Source: Acutalibacteraceae bacterium
GTDB lineage: Bacteria > Bacillota > Clostridia > Oscillospirales > Acutalibacteraceae
DNA length: 64,000 nt
NCBI GenBank assembly: GCA_045592625.1
Contig: JAZNVC010000001.1
Coordinates: 136,825-200,824 of the forward strand
Direction of reading: 5' to 3'
Below, in pieces: positions 53,600 to 62,619 of this stretch (position 1 is its first letter; the number at the start of each line of letters is the position of its first letter). A program made the translations under genes and the position numbers. The notes beneath the pieces are model-generated. The model had not been told where the DNA came from. It did no database searches and saw only the letters and a list, made by a program, of their open reading frames with translations.

Positions 53600-53816
53600 A
53601 GTAGAAACTTGCAGGAAAAGCTCTGCTGCCGAAGGAGTAACACTCTCAGGCTCGGGAAACCGAAAAGACTGTAAGCGGATGACACTCTGGAGAAGTCCAT
53701 TAAATTGGATGCCGAAGGTGAAAGTGCGAAAGTGCAAATCTCTCAGGCAAAAGGACAGAGCAACTTAAAATCTTTCCTAAGGGATAGATTTTGCTCCGGA
53801 GACTGTCTTTATTAAA
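53600..53816 (+). promoter_or_regulatory. Tandem glycine riboswitch with its expression platform
   Basis: Aptamer 1: ..GCAGGAAAAGC..CTGCCGAAGGAGTAA..CTCTCAGGC..AAAAGACTG. Aptamer 2: CTCTGGAGAAG..GATGCCGAAGGTGAAAG..CTCTCAGGCAAAAGGACAGAG. A terminator-like helix GGACAGAGCAA..TTGCTC-cggaga-CTGTC plus tttatt reuses the 3' strand of aptamer 2. Confidence 0.85.
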
Positions 53817-53850
53817 TAAAGGCGGTTTTAATTTTTTAGGAGGAAATTTT

Positions 53851-55392
53851 ATGTTAGACAAAATCGCAAACATAAACGGCGAAATCAACGGCGTCGTTTG
53901 GGGACCTATAGGACTTGCTCTCCTTATAGGTACCGGTATCCTTATGACCTTGGTGACCAAAGTGTTCCAGGTTTCTCATCTTCGCCTTTGGTGGAAGAGC
54001 ACCATTGGCAGTATGTTCCATAAGGATGTAATCAGACACAGTAAGGAAAAGGGCTCTATTTCACCTTTCCAGGCTCTTTGTACTGCTCTTGCCGCAACGG
54101 TAGGTACAGGTAATATTGCAGGTGTTGCCGCTGCTATTTGTATCGGTGGTGCAGGTGCTGTATTTTGGATGTGGGTTGCCGCATTCCTTGGTATGATGAC
54201 CAACTATTCCGAAAACGTGCTGGGTATGTACTTCCGCAGAAAGAATTCTAATGACGAATGGTCCGGCGGTGCTATGTACTATCTTAGAGACGGTCTTGGC
54301 AGCAAAAAGGGTTGTAAATGGATAGGCAGCGTTCTTGCTGTTCTTTTCTGTATCTTTACAATGCTTGCTTCCTTTGGTATCGGTAGTATGGGACAGGTTA
54401 ACAAAATTGTTGCTAACGTAGCAGCGGCATTTAATGTGGAGTCCCTTTCTTCTAAAATGGTATTCGGAGACATTTCCCTTTATAACCTTATTATAGGTAT
54501 TGTTATTATGGTTCTTACCGCTCTTATTACTCTTGGCGGTCTTAAGCGTATTGCAGGCGTTGCAGAAAAAATTGTTCCTTTTATGGTGATTCTTTTCGTA
54601 GCAGGTTCACTTGTTATTATTGGTGTTAACTATCAGGCGATTTTACCTGCATTTAAGGCTATATTTGTAAACGCATTTAAAACCGAATCCTTTGTAGGTG
54701 GCGGTATCGGCGGTGTTATTGTAGCAATGACCAACGGCTTTAAGCGTGGTGTTTTCTCCAACGAAGCAGGTCTTGGTTCTTCCGTTATGGTGCACGCTAA
54801 CTCCAATGTTAAAGAACCTGTTAAGCAAGGTATGTGGGGTATCTTTGAAGTATTTGCAGATACAATGGTTGTATGTACCATGACAGCTCTTGTTGTTCTT
54901 ACTTCAGGCGGTCTTGAAGGCGGTGCATTTAACGTAGCAACAGGCGAAATTGCTGAAGGTCTTACCGATGCTACCCTTGTTGGCGGTGCATTTAACTACA
55001 TATTCCATTGGGGTAATATCGGACAGAGATTTATTGCTATTGCAATGTTCCTCTTTGCTTTCACTACCGTACTCGGTTGGTCCCATTACGGTTCTAAGGC
55101 TTGGGAATATCTCTTCGGTGCTAAAACCACCATTATCTTCAGAATCATTCACGTTTGCACAGTTATCTTCGGTGCAATCCTTTCTTCTTCACTTGCTTGG
55201 GATATCTCCGATACCTTCAACGGACTTATGATGATACCCAACCTTATCGGTGTAGTTGTTCTCTTCCCGCTTGTAATAAAGATTACAAAGAACTTTATCG
55301 ACAGAAGAATTAAGAAAAAGGACGTTGCTCCCGTGCTTTCTTATGACGCAAATATTCAGGCTGCAGCAGTTTCCGCTTTAGATGAAGAATAA
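53851..55392 (+). CDS. Sodium:alanine/glycine symporter (AGCS family)
   Basis: I chose the start MLDKIANINGEINGVVWGP (RBS AGGAGG). Motifs SPFQALCTALAATVGTGNIAGVA and NEAGLGS are present. Confidence 0.88.
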   Translation: MLDKIANINGEINGVVWGPIGLALLIGTGILMTLVTKVFQVSHLRLWWKSTIGSMFHKDVIRHSKEKGSISPFQALCTALAATVGTGNIAGVAAAICIGGAGAVFWMWVAAFLGMMTNYSENVLGMYFRRKNSNDEWSGGAMYYLRDGLGSKKGCKWIGSVLAVLFCIFTMLASFGIGSMGQVNKIVANVAAAFNVESLSSKMVFGDISLYNLIIGIVIMVLTALITLGGLKRIAGVAEKIVPFMVILFVAGSLVIIGVNYQAILPAFKAIFVNAFKTESFVGGGIGGVIVAMTNGFKRGVFSNEAGLGSSVMVHANSNVKEPVKQGMWGIFEVFADTMVVCTMTALVVLTSGGLEGGAFNVATGEIAEGLTDATLVGGAFNYIFHWGNIGQRFIAIAMFLFAFTTVLGWSHYGSKAWEYLFGAKTTIIFRIIHVCTVIFGAILSSSLAWDISDTFNGLMMIPNLIGVVVLFPLVIKITKNFIDRRIKKKDVAPVLSYDANIQAAAVSALDEE

Positions 55393-55401
55393 TTAAAGTT
55401 T

Positions 55402-55441
55402 AAAACAGCCAAGTGTTCAAACGAACACTTGGCTGTTTTTT
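55402..55441. terminator. Bidirectional terminator
   Basis: aaaacagccaagtgttc-aaac-gaacacttggctgtttttt. Confidence 0.85.
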
Positions 55442-55471
55442 GTTGCAAGAATATTGCCTAAGCAATTTTAA

Positions 55472-56920
55472 TTAATATTTTTTACTCCATGTTTTAAAAG
55501 ACGATGCCAGTAACAGAGGATAAATTTCAAGTCTGCCCAGCAGCATTGCAAAGGCAAGAACGACTTTAGAAAAAGCGTTAAAGCAATTATAATCAGCAAA
55601 AGCCGAATCGAATGCAGGACCAATGTTGTTAAAACAGGAAACTGCTGCAGTTAGGTTTGTTTCAAAGGAAAGTCCGTTTAAGGATACAAGCAAAAATATA
55701 AATAATATACAAATCATATAAATTGCAAGATATGCCGTTACACCGTGACGAGTTGTGTTGTCAAGGGCTTTTCCTTCAAATTTAATAGTACGTATTGAAC
55801 GGGGATGAATAAGGCGTTGAAATTCTTTTTTTATGGTTTTAAAAATAATTATCACACGGGATAGCTTTAAACCGCCTGCTGTAGAACCTGCACAGGCCCC
55901 CGTAAACATAAGCATAAACATTATGGATTTTGCAAAGGTTGGCCATAGATTAAGGTCACTTAAAGTAAATCCTGTAGTGGTGACAAAAGAGGCTACGTGG
56001 AAAGAAACCTGCCGTATAGTTTCGCTAACACTACTGAATTCGGGCAAGGCATTAAAAACACTTGCCGAAATAGCACCGATGCAACCCGCTACCATTAAAA
56101 TATAAAACCACAATTCTTCGCTCTTTATTGCCTGACGCACACGTCTCATTAAGATAAGATAATAAAGATTAAAGTTTACGCCGAAAATCAGCATAAATAC
56201 GGTTATTACCCATTGTGCATAGGGGGAGGTAATACCGGTGCTGTTTATGACAAAACCGCCCGTTCCTGCTGTGCCAAAGGAATAAAGACAGCTATCAAAA
56301 AGACTCATTCCCGAAAAAAGAAGAAATACAATTTGCATAAGTGTCAGAACAATATATATAAGATAAAGAACTCTTGAGGTATCCTTAACTTTAGGCACCA
56401 GTTTTCCGACAATAGGGCCGGGCATTTCTGCTTTTATAATATGAATTGAGCGGTCGGACATATTTGGGATAACAGCCGTTACGAAAACAAGCACACCCAT
56501 ACCGCCTATCCAGTGTGTAAAACTTCTCCAAAAGAGATTGCCCCTTGACATAGCGTCTAATTGTACTCCACTTAAAATTGATGCTCCCGTTGTGGTAAAA
56601 CCGCTTACTGTTTCAAAAAAAGCGTTGAAAAAGTTAGGGATTTCGTTGCTTATAATAAAGGGAAGGCAACCGAAAAGAGACATAAAAACCCAACAAAGAG
56701 CAACTATAACCAGACCTTCTCTTGCATAAATAAGTGTGCTTTTGGGTTTAAATACAATTCTTAAAAGTGTTCCGAAAAGTGCCGAAAGACCTGCCGAGAT
56801 AAGATAAGCCCATACAGCAGATTCTTTATAAATTAAAGAAACAATAGCCGGAAGAAGCAGTAATAGAGACTGGATTTGCAAAATAATTCCGGTTATTTTA
56901 AAAACCATTGATTTATTCAT
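55472..56920 (-). CDS. trkH: Potassium uptake membrane subunit TrkH/KtrB family
   Basis: 482 aa and polytopic, with repeated selectivity-filter-like TGF/TGG motifs (SGFTTTGA, GTAGTGGF, TTTGFT, STAGGLK). Confidence 0.88.
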   Translation of the reverse strand: MNKSMVFKITGIILQIQSLLLLLPAIVSLIYKESAVWAYLISAGLSALFGTLLRIVFKPKSTLIYAREGLVIVALCWVFMSLFGCLPFIISNEIPNFFNAFFETVSGFTTTGASILSGVQLDAMSRGNLFWRSFTHWIGGMGVLVFVTAVIPNMSDRSIHIIKAEMPGPIVGKLVPKVKDTSRVLYLIYIVLTLMQIVFLLFSGMSLFDSCLYSFGTAGTGGFVINSTGITSPYAQWVITVFMLIFGVNFNLYYLILMRRVRQAIKSEELWFYILMVAGCIGAISASVFNALPEFSSVSETIRQVSFHVASFVTTTGFTLSDLNLWPTFAKSIMFMLMFTGACAGSTAGGLKLSRVIIIFKTIKKEFQRLIHPRSIRTIKFEGKALDNTTRHGVTAYLAIYMICILFIFLLVSLNGLSFETNLTAAVSCFNNIGPAFDSAFADYNCFNAFSKVVLAFAMLLGRLEIYPLLLASSFKTWSKKY

Positions 56921-56930
56921 ATTTCGCCTC

Positions 56931-58289
56931 TTATTCCGCTATATCGTTAAGGTCGCCGAGACCATTTATAGCCGTAACCACAATAACCTTGTCTGAGCTT
57001 AGCATACAGTCCTCGCCTGTGGGGATAATAATTTTTCTGCCTCGGATAATTCCTGCAATACGGGTGGATTCTTTGATTTTAAGGTCCTTAAAGGCGATTC
57101 CGTTAAGGGCACAGTCGCTTTGAACAATAAATTCAAGAAGCTCTGCTCTGCCGTCCATAATTTTATAAAGGGTTTCAATTTTACTGCCTAAGGAGTTATG
57201 AACACCTCTTGCATAGCGTACCAAAACGTCAGAAATAAGCTTTTTGGGAGTAACAATACAGTCAAGTCCCAGTTTTTCAGCCATAGTAACAAATTCTTCT
57301 CGGTTGGCCTTTGTGATTACGTGAGGCACACCCTGGGAAGCGGCATAGTAAGAAATAAGTATGTTTTCCTCGTCCATACCCGTAAGGCTGATAAATGCAT
57401 CGGTGTTTTTAATACCCTCTTCAAGTAAAAGCTCCTGTCGTGCACCGTCGCCGTTTATAATTACGGCACCGGGCAGAGCCTCGCTGAACTGAACACATTT
57501 ATCGGGATTAAGGTCAATAATTTTAACGTTACTTCCTCCGTCAAGAAGCATTTTAGCAAGATAAAATGCAGTTTTACTGGCACCCAGTATCATAACGTTT
57601 TTGCTCTTTTTACGGGGAGTGCCTAAAATTTTAAAGAAATTCATTATTTCTGCGGGACGTGCCGTAACACATATTCTGTCACCGCTTTTAAGCACAAAAT
57701 TACCGTCAGGAATATATACTTCATCATCACGCTTAACAACGCAGATAAGAAGGTTTATCTGATACTTTTTGCGGAATTCAATAAGGGAGAGCCCGTCGAG
57801 CACCGAATCAGCTTTAAGTTTTATTTCAACCATTTCAAAGTTTCTGCCCGAAAAGGTTTCGATTTTTGCGGCGGAGGGAAGTTTAAGCAGTCTATAAAGC
57901 TCTCTTGCGGCATTAAGTTCAGGGTTTATTGCCATAGAAAGATTAAGCTGTTCCTTCATAAAGCCTAGGCTTTTATCGTTATATTCGGGATTTCTTATTC
58001 GGGCTATGGTATGAGAGGCCCCCATTTTTCCTGCGAGAAAACAGGAGAGCATATTCATCTCGTCGCTGTCGGTAACCGAAATTAAAAGCTCGGTTTCATC
58101 AACCCCTGCTTCCTCTAGCGTTTCACAGTCTGTACCGTTACCCACAACACCCATTACGTCATATATAGTAGTTATTTCGTCTAAAATTGCAGGGTCTTTG
58201 TCGATAGCCACAACGTCGTGATTTTCTTTAACAAGGTCGCTAATAATATTAGTGCCGATTTTTCCACAACCAACAACAATAATTTTCAT
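56931..58289 (-). CDS. trkA: Potassium uptake NAD-binding subunit TrkA
   Basis: 452 aa. It has two RCK_N Rossmann motifs (VVGCGKIG and ILGASKTA), each followed by an RCK_C domain. Confidence 0.9.
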   Translation of the reverse strand: MKIIVVGCGKIGTNIISDLVKENHDVVAIDKDPAILDEITTIYDVMGVVGNGTDCETLEEAGVDETELLISVTDSDEMNMLSCFLAGKMGASHTIARIRNPEYNDKSLGFMKEQLNLSMAINPELNAARELYRLLKLPSAAKIETFSGRNFEMVEIKLKADSVLDGLSLIEFRKKYQINLLICVVKRDDEVYIPDGNFVLKSGDRICVTARPAEIMNFFKILGTPRKKSKNVMILGASKTAFYLAKMLLDGGSNVKIIDLNPDKCVQFSEALPGAVIINGDGARQELLLEEGIKNTDAFISLTGMDEENILISYYAASQGVPHVITKANREEFVTMAEKLGLDCIVTPKKLISDVLVRYARGVHNSLGSKIETLYKIMDGRAELLEFIVQSDCALNGIAFKDLKIKESTRIAGIIRGRKIIIPTGEDCMLSSDKVIVVTAINGLGDLNDIAE

Positions 58290-58359
58290 TTTACGCCTCC
58301 GAAAAGATAAATATAGAAATATTATACTACACCTAGCAAAAAATTTCCATATAAATTTT

Positions 58360-58388
58360 AAAGCCCCGACCGTGAAGCCGAGGCTTTA
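58360..58388 (-). terminator. Probable terminator of the OPT-pqqD-like operon
   Basis: Imperfect GC-rich hairpin aaagcc(t)cgg..ccg(g)ggcttt on the minus strand, followed by ttaaaattt. Confidence 0.4.
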
Positions 58389-58391
58389 GAG

Positions 58392-58745
58392 TTATTTTTC
58401 TATAAATGTTATAAAGTGATAACTTTCAAGTATCTGAAAGTATCGGGCAAGTCGTTCATAAAGAGGCTCGGCTTTTTCACCGAAATGTTCTTTAACAAGA
58501 ACGCCCAGCTCTATTATATTTTTTTCACCGTTTAAAAGGGGCCATAAAAAGCTTCCCATTTCATCAAGGTGAACAAAACTTGTTTTGGGTTTGCCAAAGA
58601 GCCTTTGAGCAAGACGGTTTGCCCAACCTTTATTTTCTATCTCTAAGGTGATAATTCCGTCTTTTTCTTTCCAGTCAATAAGATGGCTCCTCAGTGGCAC
58701 CTTTTCGAGATAGTTTTTACCTATTACCTTTTTGTTTTTTGCCAT
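58392..58745 (-). CDS. PqqD-family (RRE-like) small protein
   Basis: 117 aa. The segment FVHLDEMGSFLWPLLNGEKNIIELGVLVKEHFGEKAEPLYERLARYFQILESYHFI has a PqqD-like winged-helix pattern. Its ATG shares one nt with the OPT stop (TAATG). Confidence 0.6.
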   Translation of the reverse strand: MAKNKKVIGKNYLEKVPLRSHLIDWKEKDGIITLEIENKGWANRLAQRLFGKPKTSFVHLDEMGSFLWPLLNGEKNIIELGVLVKEHFGEKAEPLYERLARYFQILESYHFITFIEK

Positions 58746-60667
58746 TAGTCTTTTTTATCAGCCTTGTTTTCTGCAAAGCAGAAAATGAGAAATACAGCAA
58801 TTATTACAGCAAAGAGGGCAATGCCGGAAAGTCCTGAAGCAAGAGGAGAAAGGTTGCTGACAAGACGGGATATGTCAATTTTTTCGGAAACACCCGCAAC
58901 GGCAAGAATAGCAAGAATGATACCTACAAGACCTTCACCTGCTATCATACCTGAACTAAAGAGAATTCCTTTGTTTACTGCCACATCTCTGCGTTTTTCG
59001 TTCTTAATCTTATCCATAAAGAAGCGAATGATACCGCCTACCATAATACAAGCGTTAAGCTGTACGGGCAGATAAATACCGATAGCAACGGGAAGAACGG
59101 GCAAACGGAGTATTTCAACAATAATTGCAATAAATACGCCTATAAGGATAAGACCCCAGGGAAGCTTACCGCCCATAATTCCTTCAATAACCATCTTCAT
59201 AAGGGTTGCCTGAGGAGCGGCAATTTCTTCACCGCCAAAGCCCCATGCAGTGTCAAGAAGATTAAGGGTAGCACCAATAGCGAATGCAGCGGCAATTACA
59301 CCGATAATTTCGCCTACCTGCTGTCTCCATGGAGTAGCACCTAAAAGATAACCTGTCTTAAGGTCCTGACTTGTATCACCTGCAATAGCGGCAACAATAC
59401 AAATTATAGAGCCTATAGCAATAGCTGCCTTCATACCGGGTGCACCTGTGGTACCGGTAAACTTAAGAATAAGTGTAGAAACAAGAAGGGTTGCGATTGC
59501 CATACCTGAAACAGGGTTGTTACTGCTTCCTACAATACCAACCATACGGGAAGAAACGGTTGCGAAGAAGAAGCCGAACACAACAACGATAACTGCTCCG
59601 ATAGGAGATACGGGAACTGCAGGAACAAGCCATACGATAAAGGTGAGAAGTACTATCATACCAATAACGACAGCCATATTGATATCTTTTTCGGTTCGAA
59701 GCGTAGAGGCTTCGCCCTTAATAGACATAGCTTTTACAGCGTCTCTGAATGTGCGTACAATAAGGGGTAAAGATTTAATAAGGCTTATAATACCGCCTGC
59801 GGCAAGTGCACCTGCACCAATATAACGAATGTAAGTGGACCAGATACCTGCGGCACCGCTTTGGGCAAAAATTTCACCGATAGAGTCTGTAGTGTTTGGG
59901 TACATAACAATGTTTGCACCAAAAAGCACAATTATAGGAATAAGCACCATCCAGCTTAAAACACCGCCGGCAAACATATAAGAAGAAATACGAGGACCGC
60001 AGATGTAACCAACGCTCATAACAGCGGGATAAATCTGAGTTCCTATTGCCGAAGGATAAAGTTTTTTGATGTTAAGGGTGATTTCGCCGGGAATAACCTT
60101 AAGTCCGTCAATGATAAACTTAAAGAGTGCGGCAAAGCCCATACCTGCAAATACTGTAGAAGCGTTAGAACCGCCTTCTTCACCTGCAAGCATAACCTCG
60201 GCACAGGCTTGTCCTTCGGGATAGGGAAGGGTGTTGTGCTCACGAACTATCAGGGCGTTTCTAAGGGGTATCATAAAAAATACGCCTAAAAGACCGCCGA
60301 TAAGGGCAATAATGGTGATTGTTACAAGGCTGGGCTTTTCCATAATGCCTTCTTTTGCCCAGAGATAAAGGGCGGGCATTGTGAAGATAGCACCTGCTGC
60401 AAGAGATTCACCGGCACTGCCGATGGTCTGTACCATATTGCTTTCAAGAATTGAGTTTTTACGCATAATCACTCTGATTACGCCCATCGCTATAACCGCT
60501 GCGGGAATAGATGCCGAAACGGTCATACCTACTCTGAGTCCTAAGTAGGCATTGGCTGCACCGAATATTACCGACAGAAGAATACCCATAATAATAGATG
60601 TAACTGTTATTTCGGTGGTTACTCTTTCTGCAGGGACATACGGCTTGAAACTATTTTTGTTATCCAT
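58745..60667 (-). CDS. OPT-family oligopeptide transporter
   Basis: I chose the start MDNKNSFKPYVP (RBS AGGGAG). About 16 TM segments, plus ELTVTSIIMG-like N-terminal and SASIPAAV motifs. Confidence 0.85.
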   Translation of the reverse strand: MDNKNSFKPYVPAERVTTEITVTSIIMGILLSVIFGAANAYLGLRVGMTVSASIPAAVIAMGVIRVIMRKNSILESNMVQTIGSAGESLAAGAIFTMPALYLWAKEGIMEKPSLVTITIIALIGGLLGVFFMIPLRNALIVREHNTLPYPEGQACAEVMLAGEEGGSNASTVFAGMGFAALFKFIIDGLKVIPGEITLNIKKLYPSAIGTQIYPAVMSVGYICGPRISSYMFAGGVLSWMVLIPIIVLFGANIVMYPNTTDSIGEIFAQSGAAGIWSTYIRYIGAGALAAGGIISLIKSLPLIVRTFRDAVKAMSIKGEASTLRTEKDINMAVVIGMIVLLTFIVWLVPAVPVSPIGAVIVVVFGFFFATVSSRMVGIVGSSNNPVSGMAIATLLVSTLILKFTGTTGAPGMKAAIAIGSIICIVAAIAGDTSQDLKTGYLLGATPWRQQVGEIIGVIAAAFAIGATLNLLDTAWGFGGEEIAAPQATLMKMVIEGIMGGKLPWGLILIGVFIAIIVEILRLPVLPVAIGIYLPVQLNACIMVGGIIRFFMDKIKNEKRRDVAVNKGILFSSGMIAGEGLVGIILAILAVAGVSEKIDISRLVSNLSPLASGLSGIALFAVIIAVFLIFCFAENKADKKD

Positions 60668-60776
60668 AATTTTCTCCCTTTTTGGTTTTTGTATGAAGTT
60701 ACACATTGCTAATTATATCAAATAGTTAAAAATAAATCAATCTTTATTTTTTGGGGGATAATTTAATGTTTTTTGA

Positions 60777-60804
60777 TTGAAAAGTAACACAGTAGTGGTA
60801 TAAT
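60777..60804 (+). promoter_or_regulatory. Promoter of the alpha/beta hydrolase gene
   Basis: TTGAAA, 16 nt, TGgTATAAT (extended -10). Confidence 0.5.
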
Positions 60805-60826
60805 ATGGTTATAAGGAGCGAGAAAA

Positions 60827-61789
60827 ATGAAGTTTTTATATATAACTCTTGCAGTAACATTTTTTATTGTCCTTTTTATTTTGCTTATTTCCTTTATTTG
60901 CTTTAAAATTGCGTTTTTCAGTAAACGTGAAAAGGAAGTAAGCGATGAATTTTCTCTGCCCGACGGAGAAATCTATAAGGCATACAAGGACGTTATGCAA
61001 AAATGGGCTGACGAGGTTTACGGCACCGAAACCGAGTGTGTTGAAATAACCTCTTTTGACGGACTAAAGCTTAGAGGGAAATATTACGAATATAAAAAAG
61101 GGGCTCCCATTGAACTTATGCTTCACGGTTATAGGGGCAGGGCGGAGAGAGACCTTTGCGGCGGTGTTCAGCGCTGTTTTGCTCTGGGCAGAAATGCACT
61201 GCTGGTTGACCAGCGAGGTTGCGGTCACAGTGAGGGTAAAATAATTTCTTTCGGCATAAAGGAAAAGCGGGACTGTCTTGACTGGATTGACTTTATGATA
61301 AACCACTTTGGAAAGGAAATAAAAATAATTCTTACGGGAATTTCTATGGGTGCTTCCACCGTACTTATGACGGCGGGAGAGAATCTTCCCGAAAATGTGG
61401 TGGGTGTACTTGCGGACTGCGGATTTACTTCGGCTAAAGATATTATGAAAAAGGTAATAAAGGATATGAAATTACCGCCCAATTTAAGCTATCCCTTTGT
61501 AAAACTTGGGGCAAGACTGTACGGCGGTTTTAATATCGAAGAAACAAGTGCAAAAGAGGCGGTTAAAAAAATAAAGGTTCCCGTTATTTTTTTCCACGGA
61601 GAAAGTGACGATTTTGTGCCCGTTGATATGAGCAAGGAAAATTATGCGGTGTGCAATGCACCTAAAAAATTGGTCACCGTAGCAGGTGCAGGTCACGGAC
61701 TAAGCTTTCCCGTTGATGAAAAAAACTATCTTTTGGAAGTAGCAAACTTTTTTGATAGCAACGGTGTACCCACAAAGGTTATAGAGTAA
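60827..61789 (+). CDS. Membrane-anchored alpha/beta hydrolase
   Basis: 320 aa. N-terminal TM segment, HGY oxyanion region, nucleophile elbow GISMGAS, and the C-terminal D/H pair (ESDDFV and GAGHG). Confidence 0.8.
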   Translation: MKFLYITLAVTFFIVLFILLISFICFKIAFFSKREKEVSDEFSLPDGEIYKAYKDVMQKWADEVYGTETECVEITSFDGLKLRGKYYEYKKGAPIELMLHGYRGRAERDLCGGVQRCFALGRNALLVDQRGCGHSEGKIISFGIKEKRDCLDWIDFMINHFGKEIKIILTGISMGASTVLMTAGENLPENVVGVLADCGFTSAKDIMKKVIKDMKLPPNLSYPFVKLGARLYGGFNIEETSAKEAVKKIKVPVIFFHGESDDFVPVDMSKENYAVCNAPKKLVTVAGAGHGLSFPVDEKNYLLEVANFFDSNGVPTKVIE

Positions 61790-61820
61790 CAAAATACACG
61801 GCAAAAACCGTGTATTTTGT
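61790..61820. terminator. Bidirectional terminator
   Basis: aaaatacacgg-caaaaa-ccgtgtatttt. Confidence 0.75.
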
Positions 61821-61833
61821 AATGGAGGATATA

Positions 61834-62478
61834 TTAATCTTTTTTCTTTTTAAGACTTATTAAACAGGTGAGTGCGGATAAAATAAATATAGAAATACCT
61901 ATAATAACGGCACAGTTTAAGAAGAAACTTTCGGGCATGTAATTTATAATTTCATCGGTTGCTGCGTCAAAATACCAATTTGTTTTGCCCATAAAAAATA
62001 TTTTATGAAAGATTATAAAGGCAAAACTAAAGCCGTCTATGGAAAGTAAACCGACTAAAGCCAGTAACAAAAAGCCTAAAACCGACGAATAAAAAGGTGC
62101 GGGAAGACGCTTTAAGTAAAGGTTGCATCTTTTTCTTAAAAGCAGTAACACAGTGGTGATAACACCTGAAATTAAAAGTACTGCAAAGTCAAGGGCGATA
62201 AGCCTTCGGCAGTCTTTAAAATGGTCTGCGCCCGACTCTGAAAATTTAAGCTGTCCGCAGGAAAAATCCTTTTTTCTAAATGTGACATAATCGAGAACGT
62301 CATCATACGCTTCTTTTATTTCCTCTTTGGAATAGGGCCCCAATTTTTCCATATCGGTATTTTTTAAATGGCTATAATAAATAGGACGCACAACAATGGG
62401 AATAGCTACCGAAAAGGAAATAATCAGAAAAAATACTGATAAAAATAGAAGGATGGCGAAAAGTGGTAATTTTTTCAT
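61834..62478 (-). CDS. TIGR01906/DUF1461-family integral membrane protein
   Basis: I chose the start MKKLPLFAILLF. The layout is N-terminal TM, a soluble loop (..YDDVLDYV..FSESGADHFKDCRRL), then three TM segments. The family call is from memory. Confidence 0.6.
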   Translation of the reverse strand: MKKLPLFAILLFLSVFFLIISFSVAIPIVVRPIYYSHLKNTDMEKLGPYSKEEIKEAYDDVLDYVTFRKKDFSCGQLKFSESGADHFKDCRRLIALDFAVLLISGVITTVLLLLRKRCNLYLKRLPAPFYSSVLGFLLLALVGLLSIDGFSFAFIIFHKIFFMGKTNWYFDAATDEIINYMPESFFLNCAVIIGISIFILSALTCLISLKKKKD

Positions 62479-62619
62479 AAAAGCAACTCCTGATGTTTTC
62501 AGTATAGTGTGAAAAAACAACCTTGTCAAATAGATTTTGCAATTTGTTCATAATTGTGTTAAAATTTAGAAAAATTTATATTATTAAATACTTATATAAT
62601 CGATTTAAGGAGAAATCTT

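Noticed and set aside
58290-58391. A c-di-AMP (ydaO/kimA-type) riboswitch upstream of trkA.
   Set aside because: The intergenic region is about 100 nt. It is occupied by the upstream operon's terminator and an AT-rich promoter region, and no conserved ydaO motifs are visible.
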